Source of the DNA: an uncultured virus (IMG/VR IMGVR_UViG_3300032516_007629)
Taxonomy: Duplodnaviria > Heunggongvirae > Uroviricota > Caudoviricetes
DNA: 64,000 nt
Virus record (IMG/VR): IMGVR_UViG_3300032516_007629
Direction: 5' to 3' (one strand)
Part shown: positions 1 to 8,202 of the stretch, in pieces
Layout: every line of letters starts with the position of its first letter
Position numbering within the stretch: position 1 is the stretch's first letter
Notes under the pieces: generated by a model
Databases searched by the model: none
What the model was told of the DNA's origin: nothing
What the model saw: only the letters and a program-made list of their open reading frames with translations
Position numbers and translations under genes: made by a program

Positions 1-632
1 ATGACCTATGCAAAGAAATTACAGAGTTGGTGCCGGTACGCTACTGTGGAGTACGTACCGGCTACCCGTATTTTATACTCTCTATCCGAGAGTGAGCTTG
101 CCGATAGAGCCTTTGTTATAGATCACTTAAAGAATATTGGACTTCCGGAAATGTCCGGCGTCGTGCGCGACATGTCGTCTACAGACTACCTGACATTTAT
201 AGAGGACATCGAAGACACTTCGGACGATGAGTTGCACTAACACGCTAGACCCTTCCTGTAACGTTCTAGTATATTAGTCATCGCCGCTATAGCAATTAAG
301 CTTGCCTTATTAAAGTTTTTACATTCGTCTATAATCACACTTAACTTCTCTGCTTTAAGCTTGTTGTCTTCAACAGCTAGGAGCAGTGCAAGTTTTGGTG
401 CAATGTCCCTAGCAATATGCTCTTTCGGCGATTTGATGAGGAACTTGATGAGGAACTCATCTTTTTTTTCGTTCATGTGCGACACCTCCCGTAATTTCAG
501 AGGAAATTATCCTAAGCGCAAATATTGTCGATGACTTATTTGCAAACCAGCTAATATTACAGGATTAAATTAAATATTGCACAGTGGATCGGGAGCTTGG
601 TACTATGTAATAAATCCTTAGCGAGGTATTTC

Positions 633-1238
633 ATGGGACTCCCGGTTTCTCTTCTTAGAGATATCAATTTATTAGATGTGGGCAACACCCTGAGTTTCTG
701 TGGTGTGATTTACGGCGATGCAAATACGCACTACCTTGCTTATTTGCCGGGTGAAATTGACGATTCTGTGGACAACATAGAGCACAGATATCTAGCGCTT
801 GACAATGCAGACTGGGAAAAAATCGTCAGGCAAACCGATCTGCTAGAGACTGAAGTATTGGCTAAGTCTGCGGATGGTAAGCTTTGCAAAGTGCTGGTGC
901 GTAAAAGCACTCGGCAGATTGAGCAAGGTGTTTCCTGGGCGGTTTTTCACAGAGATGGGTACAAATGTCGCTACTGCGGGATTCAAGGTGTACCAATGAC
1001 TGTAGATCATGCTCCTGTCTTGTGGGAAAATAGTGGTCCTAGTATTGAAGCCAATCTCGTGACCGCTTGTCGCAAGTGTAATAAGACAAGGGGCAATCTG
1101 CTTTATAAAGACTGGTTACAGAATCCTTACTATATTAAAGTGTCTAGTACACTTACCGAAAACGAAAGAAAAATAAACGAGGAGGTGGTTTTTAAAGAAC
1201 CTAATATTCCATTGCGGCTGCACCAGCGTTCAAGATGA
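633..1238 (+). CDS. HNH endonuclease-domain protein
   Basis: C-terminal RDGYKCRYCG...TVDH...NLVTACRKCN HNH/McrA-type motif. ATG 633 chosen because GAGG lies upstream. Confidence 0.8.
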   Translation: MGLPVSLLRDINLLDVGNTLSFCGVIYGDANTHYLAYLPGEIDDSVDNIEHRYLALDNADWEKIVRQTDLLETEVLAKSADGKLCKVLVRKSTRQIEQGVSWAVFHRDGYKCRYCGIQGVPMTVDHAPVLWENSGPSIEANLVTACRKCNKTRGNLLYKDWLQNPYYIKVSSTLTENERKINEEVVFKEPNIPLRLHQRSR

Positions 1239-1906
1239 AGTCTAACAGAAAAGACATCTCAGGGCAGCGGTTTGGGCGCTTGTACGTTCTTTCATATAGT
1301 CATTATAAGCCTGCACAGGCTTATTGGCATTGCCAATGTACTTGTGGAAAAATGACTATTAAAAGTGGTGCTGCCTTGCGTAGGGGGACTACTAGTTCCT
1401 GCGGATGCCTACAGATAGAAAGTGCTAGACAGAAACAGTTAGATAATTTTTACAAACACGGAAAAGCAGGGAAAAAAATCTATTCTATTTATATAAATAT
1501 GCTTTCGCGCTGCTCTAATAAGCAAGACCTGGCTTACCCTTATTATGGAGGTCGTGGAGTATCGGTGTGCGAAACCTGGCAAGAAAATTTTAGTAATTTT
1601 TTACAAGATATGGGCGAACCCACAGGTGAATTGACATTAGATCGAAAAGATAACAACGGTAATTATACCAAAGATAATTGTCATTGGGCTACCAAAAAAC
1701 AACAAGCCAATAACCGTAGAAATAATGTTAATGTGGAAAGAAATGGCGAGACCAAAACTCTTAAAGAATGGTGTGAATATTTAGGAATGCCTTACAAAAC
1801 TGTGCATAGGCGTATCGCTAAATATGATTGGGGGATTGAGGAGGCTTTGACTATTCCAGTAGATCGGGGTGGCGTTATTGCTCGGCGTATAAGAGGATCA
1901 ATATAA
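1235..1906 (+). CDS. Phage homing-endonuclease-like protein (HNH-related)
   Basis: DISGQRFGRL...WHCQCTCG...SCGC N-terminus, YGGRGVSVC and TLDRKDNNGNYTKDNCHWAT motifs typical of freestanding phage HNH endonucleases. Confidence 0.85.
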   Translation: MKSNRKDISGQRFGRLYVLSYSHYKPAQAYWHCQCTCGKMTIKSGAALRRGTTSSCGCLQIESARQKQLDNFYKHGKAGKKIYSIYINMLSRCSNKQDLAYPYYGGRGVSVCETWQENFSNFLQDMGEPTGELTLDRKDNNGNYTKDNCHWATKKQQANNRRNNVNVERNGETKTLKEWCEYLGMPYKTVHRRIAKYDWGIEEALTIPVDRGGVIARRIRGSI

Positions 1907-2063
1907 TGTGGAAGAGTAAAGCCTTTGATGTTATAGATGCCTGGTTTGATGCCTACCCGGTATTGAGCATAGTGATATTCTGTTTGTTACTTATCCTTAC
2001 CTCGCCACTTTTAATCGTGGCTACAGGATACTCCTATTTTCTAAAATATGTGCTTAGGAGCAA

Positions 2064-2342
2064 ATGATGAGTCTCTTGGCAAACATTCGAGATATCCTGT
2101 TTGATCGCCCCTACTCCGCAGCCGAACGCATAGCCTTTGGCGCACACGTAATTTTGTACCAAGATGTGTCTGCAAACATCAGCGCCGAAAGGACAAATTG
2201 CAACGGCACCTACGGCATGCGTCTTTGCATAAGAGATGGAAACGCTACAGTATCGATTGATCTGTCGCCAGATGCCGCATTTAATGTTGCCAACCAAATC
2301 AAAGATGTGGTCCAACGACTCGTACAGCAAAATAGAAGTTGA
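2064..2342 (+). CDS. Hypothetical protein
   Basis: ORF with AGGAG SD upstream. Confidence 0.6.
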   Translation: MMSLLANIRDILFDRPYSAAERIAFGAHVILYQDVSANISAERTNCNGTYGMRLCIRDGNATVSIDLSPDAAFNVANQIKDVVQRLVQQNRS

Positions 2343-2367
2343 CAAATCCAAAACGGATCGTTAGATT
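2339..2367 (+). promoter_or_regulatory. sigma70-type promoter of tRNA operon 1
   Basis: TTGACA-17 nt-TAGATT. Confidence 0.85.
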
Positions 2368-2418
2368 AAATACTAAGGGTACCCAGTGGGTGTCCTGAAT
2401 TTAATTTCAGAGGGTGTC

Positions 2419-2478
2419 TTGAAAAATAAATTTTACAGCATGTGGTATTTTTACTTCTCCTCGGAGCGAAGGGAATAA
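2419..2478 (+). CDS. Leader peptide 1, MKNKFYSMWYFYFSSERRE (attenuator of the Met/Phe/Tyr/Trp tRNA operon)
   Basis: TTG start after GAGGGTG SD. Eight of codons 5-13 are F/Y/M/W, matching the four downstream tRNAs. Confidence 0.85.
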   Translation: MKNKFYSMWYFYFSSERRE

Positions 2479-2497
2479 CACGGCTATTTGCCTAAAT

Positions 2498-2532
2498 AAA
2501 ACCCCGCTCCTACTTCAGGTGCGGGGTTTTTT
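2498..2532 (+). terminator. Intrinsic terminator (attenuator) before tRNA operon 1
   Basis: AAAACCCCGCTCCT-ACTTC-AGGTGCGGGG-TTTTTT. The 5' arm can alternatively pair with GGAGCGAAGGG (2463-2473). Confidence 0.9.
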
Positions 2533-2571
2533 GCGTTTAAGGAGGTGAAAGGACAAAGTGTTTTTATAGAC

Positions 2572-2648
2572 GGCGGTGTAGGCAAATTGGTTTGCCACCA
2601 TGCTCATAACGTGGATCAATGTGGGTTCGAGTCCCATCACCGCCACCA
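2572..2648 (+). tRNA. tRNA-Met(CAT), probably elongator
   Basis: Acceptor GGCGGTG/CACCGCC, anticodon arm CCATG-CTCATAA-CGTGG, GTTCGAGTC, encoded CCA. No initiator GGG/CCC stem. Confidence 0.9.
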
Positions 2649-2651
2649 CAT

Positions 2652-2728
2652 GCCAAGATAACTCAGCCAGCTAGAGTGTCCGAATGAAAATCGGAAGGTC
2701 GTGGGTTGAAATCCCACTCTTGGCACCA
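2652..2728 (+). tRNA. tRNA-Phe(GAA)
   Basis: GCCAAGA/TCTTGGC acceptor, TCCGA-ATGAAAA-TCGGA, CCA end. Confidence 0.92.
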
Positions 2729-2730
2729 AT

Positions 2731-2814
2731 GGGAGAGTCGCCTAATTGGACGGGCAACGGACTGTAAATCCGCCGATTAATTTCAAGTGAGTTCGATTCT
2801 CACCTCTCCCACCA
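2731..2814 (+). tRNA. tRNA-Tyr(GTA)
   Basis: GGGAGAG/CTCTCCC acceptor, CTGTAAA loop, extended variable region, CCA end. Confidence 0.92.
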
Positions 2815-2825
2815 TTTTTCCCAAT

Positions 2826-2899
2826 ACGGTAGTAGCTTAATGTAGAGCCTTGGACTCCAAATCTAAGAGGCGTCGGATCAACCCCGACCTACCGTGCCA
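2826..2899 (+). tRNA. tRNA-Trp(CCA)
   Basis: ACGGTAG/CTACCGT acceptor, TTGGA-CTCCAAA-TCTAA, G73-CCA. Confidence 0.88.
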
Positions 2900-2959
2900 C
2901 ATTGGACACCCGCCTCGCTAAATGTTAAAATCCAAAAAACCATTTAGCGCGAGGCATAT

Positions 2960-3322
2960 TTGAAAATCAAAGAACTAAAAGCAGTCCTAAATAGTATTGG
3001 TGATCGTTACGACGATTGGGATTTAGCTATCCCGCTGTCTAAGCCATCGATTGGGGCTATCGCTACCTGCAAAGTGCGAAGCATCAGTTTTGGTTTTGAC
3101 TGGGAACACGGCAAGGCTTTGATCAATCCGGAAGGTCGGCTAAACGAGAAAACAAAACCCGAAGATGTCTATCACGATGCCTCTGAATTTCTCCTGTGGC
3201 TTGCCACGAAGCCAATTAAACGAGAAACTTACGAAATGAGGGAAGCTAAAAGGATCCTGCTACGTGCAGGACACACCGAGGAAGATCTTTGTAAGTACCA
3301 AAGATATTTGCACGAGGTTTAA
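2960..3322 (+). CDS. Hypothetical phage protein
   Basis: ORF with GAGG SD and its own TGGACA-17-TAAAAT promoter. Confidence 0.65.
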   Translation: MKIKELKAVLNSIGDRYDDWDLAIPLSKPSIGAIATCKVRSISFGFDWEHGKALINPEGRLNEKTKPEDVYHDASEFLLWLATKPIKRETYEMREAKRILLRAGHTEEDLCKYQRYLHEV

Positions 3323-3330
3323 AGCAGGCT

Positions 3331-3558
3331 ATGTACAAACTAAATGTTGATCCAGACAAGCTTAAAAACCTTGCCAAAGACGAAGAGGGGTTTGATATCT
3401 CCGCTGGTATTCCAGTGATCCCACCACTACCAGATCGACCCTTTGACCCTAATGCTACCATAGCTATCTGCGGCGAGTGCGGACTTGAACTAAAAACTGT
3501 GATGTGTTATTCATGTTCAAACCCAAAGTGTCCTTGCTTTCCTCAAATTAGGTGTTAA
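3331..3558 (+). CDS. Small Cys-rich (zinc-ribbon-like) protein
   Basis: CGECG...CYSCSNPKCPC. Confidence 0.55.
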   Translation: MYKLNVDPDKLKNLAKDEEGFDISAGIPVIPPLPDRPFDPNATIAICGECGLELKTVMCYSCSNPKCPCFPQIRC

Positions 3559-3562
3559 AAAA

Positions 3563-3874
3563 ATGGGATGGATCTATTTACTTATAGCGATTCTACTAGA
3601 GTTTGCTGGTACTTTTAGCCTGAAGTATTCTGAAGGATTCACCCACCTCCCCCCCGTCTTCTATGCTTTATGCTTTTATCTTGGGTGCCTGCTTAGCTTC
3701 ACCCTTGCACTAAATCATCTAGAACTTTCCCGCATGTATGCCCTATGGACCGGCATCGGTACCATCCTGTCCGTGTTCGTTGGCTATTACTTCTTCAAAG
3801 AACCTCTAGGTGCGCTCAAGTGCTTTTCCATTTTCCTTATTGTTCTCGGCGTGTTAGGCACTATAACCTTTTAA
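3563..3874 (+). CDS. SMR/DMT-family small multidrug transporter
   Basis: 103 aa, four hydrophobic segments, WIYLLIAILLE (conserved TM1 Glu), KYSEGF, YALWTGIG. Confidence 0.9.
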   Translation: MGWIYLLIAILLEFAGTFSLKYSEGFTHLPPVFYALCFYLGCLLSFTLALNHLELSRMYALWTGIGTILSVFVGYYFFKEPLGALKCFSIFLIVLGVLGTITF

Positions 3875-3921
3875 GCCTCTGGTGCCAAAGATTAAGTAAA
3901 AATACTGGGGGTTCCAAAAGG

Positions 3922-4977
3922 ATGAAAAAGATCTTTATAACTGGTGCTACGGGTATGATTGGGGGTGAGATTGCGTTGAGGTTAGCTGCTACCTGTGAGG
4001 TGTCCTGTTTAACTCGCGGGGGTTCGCAGGAGGAGGCGCAGAAGCGGTTAGATCTTAGGTTAAAGAAGAGTCTTTTGTTTCGGGATCTGGGGATCAAAGC
4101 TGTTTTAGGAGATTTGCATCAAGAGGGTTTGGGTGTAGCGGGTGATTACGATATAGACGTGATAGTGCATGCGGCGGCTGAGACGGCTTTTAACGATGCT
4201 GATTCGTGCCGCCTCACTAACATTGAGGGTACGAAGAGGGTTATTGAGTTTGCTAAGCGTTGTAAAAATCCTCCATTATTATGTTACATAAGTACTGCAT
4301 GTAATGTAGGTGCGGTTACTAATACGTGTTTAAAGGAAGAGGATGGGTGTCGTTTAGACAATGAGCACCACAATGAATACACGAAGTCGAAGGCTATATC
4401 TGAGACCTTGATTCGCAATTCAGGGTTACCTTTCTTGATTATTCGTCCGCCTATTGTCTTAAGTGACAGTGTAAAGGATAGGGGATTTGCGCGTCAGATC
4501 TTTTGGTTTGCCCCTATCGTCTTTAAATTTAAAGCGGTACCAGTCTCCCCAACATCTAGGTTGGATATTATCCCAGTGAGTTACTTAGTGGAATATATCG
4601 ATAAGCTCTTAGCACTGCCTGAGAGGAAATATGACTGTTATAATATATCTGCGGGTGAAAAGGACTGCTTTACTTCTTTTGAATGGGTAGAAGCTATCCG
4701 CAAATTTAATAAGGCTTCTTATGCCCCTAAGCTGATACCTCCAGCAGAGTGGACTAAAGACGATTATAAAAAATATGTCAATACACCGGACCTGGCGAAA
4801 TCCTTTCGGAGCTTGCAGTATTATTTTCCCTTTATGACCATGGATGTCGTATTCAATAACGCTCGACTTCAAGAAGAGTTTGGCGTATTAAAAGTCCCTC
4901 CACTACATACCTATGTGGACACCATCCTAGCTCAAGTGTCGGAAGAGGAAGCTTTAGAGGAGAGCCAGGCACCGTGA
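3922..4977 (+). CDS. Extended SDR NAD(P)-binding oxidoreductase (fatty-acyl/thioester reductase-like)
   Basis: IFITGATGMIG Rossmann motif, HAAA, YISTA, YTKSK catalytic YxxxK, IIRPPIV. Confidence 0.85.
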   Translation: MKKIFITGATGMIGGEIALRLAATCEVSCLTRGGSQEEAQKRLDLRLKKSLLFRDLGIKAVLGDLHQEGLGVAGDYDIDVIVHAAAETAFNDADSCRLTNIEGTKRVIEFAKRCKNPPLLCYISTACNVGAVTNTCLKEEDGCRLDNEHHNEYTKSKAISETLIRNSGLPFLIIRPPIVLSDSVKDRGFARQIFWFAPIVFKFKAVPVSPTSRLDIIPVSYLVEYIDKLLALPERKYDCYNISAGEKDCFTSFEWVEAIRKFNKASYAPKLIPPAEWTKDDYKKYVNTPDLAKSFRSLQYYFPFMTMDVVFNNARLQEEFGVLKVPPLHTYVDTILAQVSEEEALEESQAP

Positions 4978-5062
4978 AACAGCATGACTTAATTTTCTCA
5001 ATTATTTTGTTCGCATTCATTACCGCAATCCTCGTTCTAGGATTTTTTCTAGACAGTAAAAT

Positions 5063-5091
5063 TTGACAGATCCATTTTCGTCTGCTAGATT
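5063..5091 (+). promoter_or_regulatory. sigma70-type promoter of tRNA operon 2
   Basis: TTGACA-17 nt-TAGATT. Confidence 0.85.
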
Positions 5092-5121
5092 AAATGGAGT
5101 AGGTAATTTTTGGAGATAAAA

Positions 5122-5190
5122 ATGTTCAACGTATCCATTAGTACAATTTGCACCTCGGTCTCAACGACCGGAGCGGGGCTTTTGCACTGA
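5122..5190 (+). CDS. Leader peptide 2, MFNVSISTICTSVSTTGAGLLH (attenuator of the Ile/Ser/Ser/Thr/Cys/Val tRNA operon)
   Basis: GGAG SD and ATG. Codons 4-16 are all V/S/I/T/C, matching the downstream tRNAs. Confidence 0.9.
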   Translation: MFNVSISTICTSVSTTGAGLLH

Positions 5191-5205
5191 TTTTGCGATG
5201 AACGC

Positions 5206-5255
5206 AAGCAAACCCCCCGCCTCCGAGAAAAAGGAAGCGGGGGGGTTTGCTTTTT
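5206..5255 (+). terminator. Intrinsic terminator (attenuator) before tRNA operon 2
   Basis: AAGCAAACCCCCCGCCTCC...GGAAGCGGGGGGGTTTGC-TTTTT. The 5' arm can alternatively pair with GGAGCGGGG (5170-5178). Confidence 0.9.
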
Positions 5256-5257
5256 AG

Positions 5258-5331
5258 GGGCGTGTAGTTCAATGATAGAGCACCTGCCTGATATGCAGAA
5301 GACGAAAGTTTGATTCTTTCCACGCCTACCA
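5258..5331 (+). tRNA. tRNA-Ile(GAT)
   Basis: GGGCGTG/CACGCCT acceptor, CTGC-CTGATAT-GCAG, ACCA end. Confidence 0.85.
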
Positions 5332-5341
5332 GAAGTTAAAA

Positions 5342-5557
5342 GTGCAAGCACGTAAGACATATAAACACATTAACTGCCTAGACACAGCGATAGAGGTTCA
5401 AAGGATATTGGGAGTATGTGAAGATGGAACATTGTCCGTATTAGTTTCTTGGTGGAATATACGCGCAAAGATTCCTAGGAAAATTGTTAGGTACCAGGCA
5501 GTTAACATAAGAAAGGAGGAGATAGATAACTGGAAAGAATGGCATAGGGCAGCCTAA
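5342..5557 (+). CDS. Hypothetical protein inside tRNA operon 2
   Basis: 71-aa ORF between tRNA-Ile and the HNH gene. Confidence 0.5.
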   Translation: MQARKTYKHINCLDTAIEVQRILGVCEDGTLSVLVSWWNIRAKIPRKIVRYQAVNIRKEEIDNWKEWHRAA

Positions 5558-5564
5558 AAACAAG

Positions 5565-5774
5565 GTGGCTCATTGGCGATTTCAAAAACAAAGGATAATG
5601 GCGCTTAGGGGCGGCAAATGTGAATTGTGTGGATTTAAAGAGTACCCGGAAATTCTTCATTCACACCATATAATCCCTCGATCTTCTGGAGGTAGTAATA
5701 ATGATGAGAATTTAAGATTAATTTGTCCAAATTGTCACGCTATTGAACACCACTTAATGCGTACTGCTAGTTAG
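5565..5774 (+). CDS. Small HNH endonuclease inside tRNA operon 2
   Basis: CELCG...HHIIPRSSGGSN...NLRLICPNCH. Confidence 0.85.
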   Translation: MAHWRFQKQRIMALRGGKCELCGFKEYPEILHSHHIIPRSSGGSNNDENLRLICPNCHAIEHHLMRTAS

Positions 5775-5787
5775 TGTTTTATTTTAC

Positions 5788-5875
5788 GGAGCAATGAGTG
5801 AGAGGCTTAAACTAGCGGTCTTGAAAACCGCCGTGGGTAAAACCACCATCCGTTCAAATCGGATTTGCTCCTCCA
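5788..5875 (+). tRNA. tRNA-Ser(TGA)
   Basis: GGAGCAA/TTGCTCC acceptor, GCGGT-CTTGAAA-ACCGC, long variable arm, CCA end. Confidence 0.92.
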
Positions 5876-5926
5876 TTTTTTCTTTGCAGTATACTACTAG
5901 GTAATATAAGTGACGTAGGTTAACAT

Positions 5927-6019
5927 GGATGCTTGGGTGAGTGGCTTAAACCATAACTTTGCTAAAGTTACGTACTCTATAAAGGGGTACCGTCCGTTCG
6001 ACTCGGACAGCATCCGCCA
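5927..6019 (+). tRNA. tRNA-Ser(GCT)
   Basis: GGATGCT/AGCATCC acceptor, TAACT-TTGCTAA-AGTTA, long variable arm, GCCA end. Confidence 0.92.
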
Positions 6020-6020
6020 T

Positions 6021-6099
6021 GCCACAATAGCTCAGTTGGTAGAGCAGTCGCCTTGTAAGCGAAAGGTCGGTTCGGGTTCGATCCCCCCTTGTGGCTCCA
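6021..6099 (+). tRNA. tRNA-Thr(TGT)
   Basis: GCCACAA/TTGTGGC acceptor, TCGC-CTTGTAA-GCGA. The T-stem carries an apparent 3-nt TTC bulge. Confidence 0.85.
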
Positions 6100-6110
6100 T
6101 TTTAGATTAA

Positions 6111-6191
6111 GAGGCAGTGTGCCGAGTGTTGAAGGCGGTCGCCTGCAAAGCGACAAAATCATCGTGGGTTAAAATCCCATCTGCCTCTCCA
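6111..6191 (+). tRNA. tRNA-Cys(GCA)
   Basis: GAGGCAG/CTGCCTC acceptor, GTCGC-CTGCAAA-GCGAC, U73-CCA. Confidence 0.9.
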
Positions 6192-6212
6192 ATAGATTTG
6201 ATAGAAAGTTAA

Positions 6213-6290
6213 GGGCGTATAGGTTAGTTGGTTAAACCGTCTCGTTTACACCGAGAAGATCCGTAGGTTCAAATCCTACTGCGCCTACCA
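6213..6290 (+). tRNA. tRNA-Val(TAC)
   Basis: GGGCGTA/TGCGCCT acceptor, TCTCG-TTTACAC-CGAGA, ACCA end. Confidence 0.92.
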
Positions 6291-6612
6291 CTTTTTTAGC
6301 AACCGCCGCGTCCCATATGCGTTTATTCTCAGGCACACGTAACGTGGTCTCAAAAATACAAGTAAATTTCTCCGCCAAATATTCCAAATTGTATGGGTAG
6401 ACAACTAATGCGTCTTCACCGTGAATAGACGCATCGGTAAAGTCTTTGCCGCTTGCCAAAGTTTGCTCGCAAATCTTAATGTACTCATTCATCAAGCCAC
6501 AAAATTCTATAAATGGATGGTTGCCTATCTTGACAGCAGAGTAGTACAGCGTTGAGCTAGCATCGTGCATGCCCTTGATCATCGTCATCAATTCTTCTTT
6601 AGAATATGTCAT
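6232..6612 (-). CDS. Hypothetical phage protein whose 3' end overlaps tRNA-Val in antisense
   Basis: 126-aa ORF (HPFIEFCGLMNEYIKIC). The last ~19 codons are the reverse complement of tRNA-Val. Confidence 0.6.
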   Translation of the reverse strand: MTYSKEELMTMIKGMHDASSTLYYSAVKIGNHPFIEFCGLMNEYIKICEQTLASGKDFTDASIHGEDALVVYPYNLEYLAEKFTCIFETTLRVPENKRIWDAAVAKKVVGAVGFEPTDLLGVNETV

Positions 6613-6773
6613 CTTAGCTCACAATTTTAAGTGTGTAATAGAACGTATAAAGCACACAAGTTAAAAAGAATAAGAGAAAGCCCATGCGTAACGCCAAGAC
6701 TCCTACGTCCCCTCCCCCTTCCTCAAGAAGGTAAACACCAGAAGCCAATAGGAACAAAGATATGATGAGAAAA

Positions 6774-6989
6774 TTATTCAACTTTTGGTGCCTTAGGCTG
6801 TTTGCGCAAACATCCGCAGGACCTCGTATTCTTACGGATTAGAGCCTGCCTATTCACTATTATATATTCACCACATTGGCATTTACATTTCCAGTGTGCT
6901 CTGACTTTCAAGTATGCAAACTCTATTACGGTTAACCTGCCGTGCTGCTCGCCTATCATGCATTTAATTTTAGTCACCTGCGATTCCAA
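6774..6989 (-). CDS. Truncated homing-endonuclease N-terminal domain
   Basis: IGEQHGRLTVI...WKCKCQCG...RSCGCL resembles the N-terminus of 1235..1906 but lacks the nuclease domain. Confidence 0.65.
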   Translation of the reverse strand: MESQVTKIKCMIGEQHGRLTVIEFAYLKVRAHWKCKCQCGEYIIVNRQALIRKNTRSCGCLRKQPKAPKVE

Positions 6990-7393
6990 AAATTAAAGGG
7001 TGTCAACAAAAACCGAAGCCTTATACTCAGGCTCTCCCTGCACCACCTGTAATTCCACCAGCACACCTCTCGGGTTTGTATAACCTATATTGCTGATGTA
7101 TTGCTCAATAGCCTGGTATATTTCATTTTCTGTTAAATGTATTTGAACTTTCATCACCCCTCAACTACACTAAAAGCATGACTGAAGAACTCTACGAATG
7201 GCAAGTATGGTACCACGTTTTAGGCGTTAAAACCTATACGAATGTCGTCGCTCCCGATGAAATCCTAGCGTGGGAAATCGTGGAAAAGACCCTAACTACA
7301 CGCGAATATTGGTTAGAAAATGTAATAATGTTAAGACGTTACATAGATTGATCTTAGCAGTTAGTTAGGCTATGCTAGCCATCTAATTGGGGG

Positions 7394-7867
7394 GTGTTTA
7401 TGGCTTTGTATGATTTAGAGCGTGGCGGTGCTGAGATAGAGGCTCACTCGTTTTATAAGAAGTACATTCACAATACGGCTAAGAGCCTAGCGCCTGCTTC
7501 TTTTGATTTAATGGTATCTATTATAGACGAGGCTATCAATAATTTACAGCCTTCCGAGAAGAGTAAACTTCTTTGGACTCGTTGTGCTGCGTTATGCGGC
7601 TACCAAGCGGAGACTCCAGACGATTCAAAAAATCACATATGGGGAGAAGCTATAGTCGCTTGTAGATTTGATCCAGAGGGACCTAACAAGTTTGTAGGCT
7701 CCCTTATCATGTGGCGGATATCGTTACGTGAGGATACTTGGCTTACCTCAAAAACGAAAGATACGGGCGGCGTGCATGACTATAGAGGGTACTGGATCAA
7801 TAACAATTTTGTTCCATACAGAAAAGCTACGCTGCAAGACTTAGCAGGTAAGTTTAATCGAATTTAG
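7394..7867 (+). CDS. Hypothetical protein
   Basis: ORF with TTGATC-17-TATGCT promoter upstream. Confidence 0.6.
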   Translation: MFMALYDLERGGAEIEAHSFYKKYIHNTAKSLAPASFDLMVSIIDEAINNLQPSEKSKLLWTRCAALCGYQAETPDDSKNHIWGEAIVACRFDPEGPNKFVGSLIMWRISLREDTWLTSKTKDTGGVHDYRGYWINNNFVPYRKATLQDLAGKFNRI

Positions 7868-7876
7868 ATTAAAAGA

Positions 7877-8122
7877 ATGAGGACATTCAAGCAGCAAGTT
7901 TTAACTGAGTACGAACTCCACGAGATCGCTACGGAGCCTTTACCCGAAGAATCTGTAGGCATCTTGCGCCAAAGGGTGCATGATAAAAGTGGGAAAAAAG
8001 AATGGGTCTTATTAGATAGGAAGGGGAAACGTCCCCTTGAATGGTTTGGTGTTACTCGTCCTTCTGACGAGCGTGTTAAAAAAGCAGAGAAGCGCGTACA
8101 GTTTTTTAAACATCAAGGTTAA
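7877..8122 (+). CDS. Small basic protein with FKxxVxxxY motif
   Basis: MRTFKQQVLTEYEL N-terminus, C-terminus RVQFFKHQG. Confidence 0.6.
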   Translation: MRTFKQQVLTEYELHEIATEPLPEESVGILRQRVHDKSGKKEWVLLDRKGKRPLEWFGVTRPSDERVKKAEKRVQFFKHQG

Positions 8123-8202
8123 TTCGGAGCTTTTGTGCGCCTCATACTAAAATTACCTGTACCCGACGATTAGGTTTCTAAACCTAATTCGGAGGGCATT
8201 AT

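Noticed and set aside
434..457. TTGATGAGGAAC direct repeat
   Set aside because: A two-copy coding repeat (EFLIKFLIK) with no further structure.
2370..2532. T-box riboswitch as the explanation for terminators upstream of tRNA operons
   Set aside because: No T-box consensus (GGTGGTACCGCG-like) or stem I/specifier structure was found, and all three leaders contain SD-led codon-matched ORFs instead.
5085..6162. ORF-track calls 5085..5360, 5138..5323, 5925..6110 and 5977..6162
   Set aside because: They overlap tRNA genes or the attenuator and are spurious translations of structured RNA.
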